In this document: positions 60,901 to 64,000 of the stretch, piece after piece
How the letters are laid out: every line of letters begins with the position of its first letter
Numbering within the stretch: position 1 is the first letter of the stretch
Origin: Hyphochytrium catenoides
Taxonomy: Eukaryota > Protista > Hyphochytriomycota
Direction: 5' to 3'
NCBI GenBank assembly: GCA_900088475.1
Contig: FLMG01001166.1
Span: 62,001-126,000 of the forward strand
DNA length: 64,000 nt
Position numbers and translations under genes: made by a program
Notes under the pieces: generated by a model
Databases searched by the model: none
What the model was told of the DNA's origin: nothing
Seen by the model: only the letters and a program-made list of their open reading frames with translations

Positions 60901-62907
60901 TTGTGTGTCTCTCTTTTAACGCACCCACAAGTTCCTACTAAACACTAAGGAACTCATAACACCTAGGTCTAAACTTCGGCATATGGGACTACTCAGCGTC
61001 CTTCATAAGCAAATTCCGAAGCAGCAAGGACTTCCAGTTCCCGGATCGGACGAAGTATGTTAACGTTAGCTGTGAATTTTTGAGGTACGCAATCCATTAG
61101 GGCTTATCAAACTATGGGCCAGGCAGAACTCTACATTTAAAGGATGGGTGTAAGTAAGGGGGCACAGGGAATCTGAACCCAAGGGATTGATTTTCCCTTT
61201 CTTAAGAATTGCTGTCTTTGTCCCTTCAAAGATAACGTTCTATTCTACCCTTGTCAGCTTCATATGCCGCCTCTCACAAATATTCTATTCTCTACTCCGC
61301 TCTTTTTCTTTGTATTCTTCAATCCTGTTGCTGTAGGTCTCTCATGCAGCTCTTGATTTCCACCTGCCACCAACGCAAGGCTATGGCTACTACCGGTATG
61401 GCAGCCCAAGTCACAGGGAAGCTTTTCGCTTGCTCTAGTCATCTTGCGAATCTGAAAAGCAAGGTTGCGAAGGTGGGAAGTCGAGAGGCTGAAGTTTATC
61501 AGATCGTGCTCTCCCGCCTATAGTCTTCCTCGTCCCAGTATATATTCCGTTTATTCATCTATGGTCAGCGTTCGATGATGTCGTCTTCTACACCTTTTTG
61601 TCAATCCCTACTGATCCAATTTTTTCGGTACATCACACCTCCTTTCTGCCTAAGCTCATTAAACTCGCCCCCCTTTAGGCTAAGGAGGTAGAAGCGGCTG
61701 AGGGTTCGGACGGTGCCCTTGTGTATGATACTGCCCTAGTTGATGTCGTCCAGGAGGTATGGACGGTCTCGTATTGGAGCAGAGTTGCCTAAGCAATGAA
61801 TCTTCCTTACCTACAAGCTTACTTTGTGGTCGGCTCTCCATAGTTGTGTCTTGATGCCTCTTGTGGTTTTCTCTTGCAAGAGTGAAGAGCGAAGACGGAG
61901 AAGTGTTTATGTAGAATTCTGCAAGAGTCTTAGTCAGTCTTCCTTTTAGGTCTTTAAGTCCTACTCCCAGAAGAGAGGTAGCACCCTGAATCAGGTCACC
62001 TACATACCTTCACTGCCACCAAACACTGCGGAGAAAATACTCTCATTACCTGCAGGAGGAATAACGTTGGAGGGATTGCACTTCAACATCACGATAGGGT
62101 ACGTCCTGTATAGGTCTCTTGACTGGTCTTCGGGTTGCAGGGCCAACCACATGGCGCCTCACGCACTCTTTGGTGGTACCCTCATCTAAATTCTTCGTTA
62201 TGGCTCAACGCTTTATCTTCTGTCATCTTCCTTACCACACTTTGTGACTAAAGTCTCTCCTTTCATTTTTAATTGCTGTCTGTTAGGATCCTCTTTATCT
62301 TTTCTTGGCTTCAGGAGAAGGGCTCGTTCGTGTTTAATGGTGGGGCTGAGGACTCTGCGACAGCGGAAATCTCTCGATCTCAAGTCTGGCTTTGGCTGCG
62401 ACAAGGTGCTCAGCTCCAGACAGGACAGCTTATCACAGTCAGGTACCTTCGCGGCCCGAAAACGTTTTGACTGCAGCTACTCTTTGACATCCATAAGAAG
62501 TTACGTAGTGTTGTCTTGCATCTGGCATATTCCGTTGTCGTTAAGCTCCTTCCGTCCGAGACTACGTAGACTTCGTCTTCAGAGTTGCCCGCTTCTCTAT
62601 GTATTTATCCTCTTTCTGGAGCAGGGAGTTTACCCATTAAATCTGGTCTCCTAGACTCTAGTGATATGTTTGCTTATGGTTTGTTGTATCTGTTCCTTTT
62701 GTCTACTGTTCCCATAACGGCAGCTTAGTTGAGGAGCTATCGAGAACCATCGCGCTACGTCTCTCCGGTCAAGCTCCCTTTCAATTGAAACCTCTCATAG
62801 ACGAGGCGCGGAGTCTCTTCTTGGTCCTTGTAACTGAGAGAGAGTTTCCTACCTTTATTACATCATTCTTGTACAGCCAACGATGTGTCCAGCGACGATG
62901 GCTCTAG
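57978..62907 (+). CDS. MLS: Malate synthase (glyoxylate cycle), multi-exon, with N-terminal PTS2-like signal
   Basis: LLDRRVDIGD, ALNSKAQ/GVQVDFDD, TRPRAWN, LVDFG, EARLWNSIF, VLVEN, GLNFGIWDY, GMAAQ, EDSATAEISRSQVW. Last exon ends VQRRWL* at 62907. Start ATG uncertain (57978, 57993 or later). Confidence 0.9.
59724..59770 (+). repeat. Imperfect (CT)n microsatellite in a malate synthase intron
   Basis: ctctctctctctctctctttttctctctctcgctctctctgtctctc read directly. Confidence 0.8.
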
Positions 62908-63792
62908 TACAACTGGATATGAAGACGAAAGAGTGTATCGCCTCCCTTCGTACCCGTCATGTACCTCACTCACGTCTGCAAGATTGCCTATTACGATCGT
63001 CCTTACCAGCTGAGAGAGCGCTGTAATTAGGGAAGGTCCAGCTGATGTGCAGTCTAGCCACCCAGAGCAGCTATCATCCTTGCTTGGGGTACCGGATGCA
63101 CTAAACTTTGCTTCCTCAGCCCATAAATCACAAGCATGAAAAATCGTGGCTCTTTATCTCTTGAAGGGCGAGTGCGTATACAGCGGGATCGAATTGAAGG
63201 AAGGATTCTTGCTCCATAATGTATGGATTAGTCAAGGCAGCTGAGGCTGGCCAAAAAGAGAAGAAAGACCCAATGAATAGCAGAAGAACCCAAGGCCAGA
63301 CGCAGGAAGAAGCTTGCTCTGGGTCACGCCTAAGATAAAAACCTAAGTCTTGTTAAGCATCTTCCTTCCTCTCTGCACTTCTTGCACCCCCTCTAATCGC
63401 CGTTCTTTTAAGTCTCTCTTCAGCATCTGTCTAACCCTTCCTCAACCAGCTCAGCGCGGCACAACAAGTCTGGACTGGATTAGCTGAGCTGTAGTCTCGT
63501 CTCCCTCTTCTCTATAAACATTATGTTACCAAATTGATAACTTGTTGGTGGTCCGATCATAGAAGACTGACTGTAACAGCTTGACGCTCAGTACTCCCGG
63601 TTCACCCATTCCCCGCACACCATGCCTCAGACTCGCAGAGGTCTCAAGAACTTGGTTGAGGACTAGTTAGTAATAGCCTGTTGGTAGCGACTCGCACGAG
63701 AAATGCTCCGTCAAAGTCTGAGCCTCACAAACGCGCTTCTGTGAGGAAGGATGGTCCTACTCGTTCTAATGGTATCTTGGCCTCTACTCCTC

Positions 63793-64000
63793 TCATCTTG
63801 CGGTTCGCACCATTCTGACGGTCTGTTCAGGTGTGGTCAGCGCGACCCCAGAAATCACGCCAAAACCGCCTTGTGCTGCGACTTTCTTTTCTATAGCGTC
63901 ACTCACACTAGTGTCACTATCCCTCGTTTCTGCGGAGGTTGAAAATAGCATAGGTTGCAAAAGATGGAGGGGAGCTTGGTCCGAGTCCGCTCCAACTTCC
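63793..64000 (-). CDS. Possible 3' end of a gene entering from beyond the window
   Basis: Open frame of 68 codons (EVGADSDQAP...VRMVRTAR*) from the window edge to TGA at 63793-63795; no recognisable motif. Confidence 0.25.
   Translation of the reverse strand, partial: EVGADSDQAPLHLLQPMLFSTSAETRDSDTSVSDAIEKKVAAQGGFGVISGVALTTPEQTVRMVRTAR

Noticed and set aside
62905-62922. Stop-codon readthrough creating a cryptic PTS1 on malate synthase
   Set aside because: The extension would read YNWI*, which is not a PTS1.
1-64000. CRISPR arrays, tRNA or rRNA genes, prokaryotic operons
   Set aside because: None seen; the sequence is spliceosomal-intron-rich eukaryotic DNA, and the bacterial-like PBP domains are embedded in a spliced gene.

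Overview
Gene-dense, intron-rich eukaryotic nuclear DNA (GT-AG introns mostly 50-350 nt, usually pyrimidine-rich), most likely from a flagellated microbial eukaryote because a CEP290 orthologue is present; lineage not determinable by eye. Thirteen protein genes can be read in order: a receptor-like membrane protein with tandem bacterial-type sugar-binding (periplasmic binding protein, PBP) domains, an LNR module and a Cys-rich stalk, frameshifted four times at its 5' end; CEP290; an RMD1/DUF155 protein; a Trp-rich membrane protein; an anoctamin/TMEM16 fused to an N-terminal cNMP-binding-like domain, SH3/Tudor-like repeats and a C-terminal C2 domain; a TRIC/TMEM38-like channel; an HtrA protease; glucosidase II beta; sideroflexin (5' end in an N gap); a CAMK-like kinase; HGSNAT; an ABCC10-like transporter; and a malate synthase with a PTS2-like signal. 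A Stowaway-like MITE candidate lies between the kinase and HGSNAT. The most unusual items are the cNMP-anoctamin-C2 fusion, whose canonical Ca2+ ligands are partly lost and which sits head-to-head with the TRIC gene, and the tandem-PBP receptor. All family assignments come from motifs recognised by eye; no searches were run. CDS coordinates span introns.
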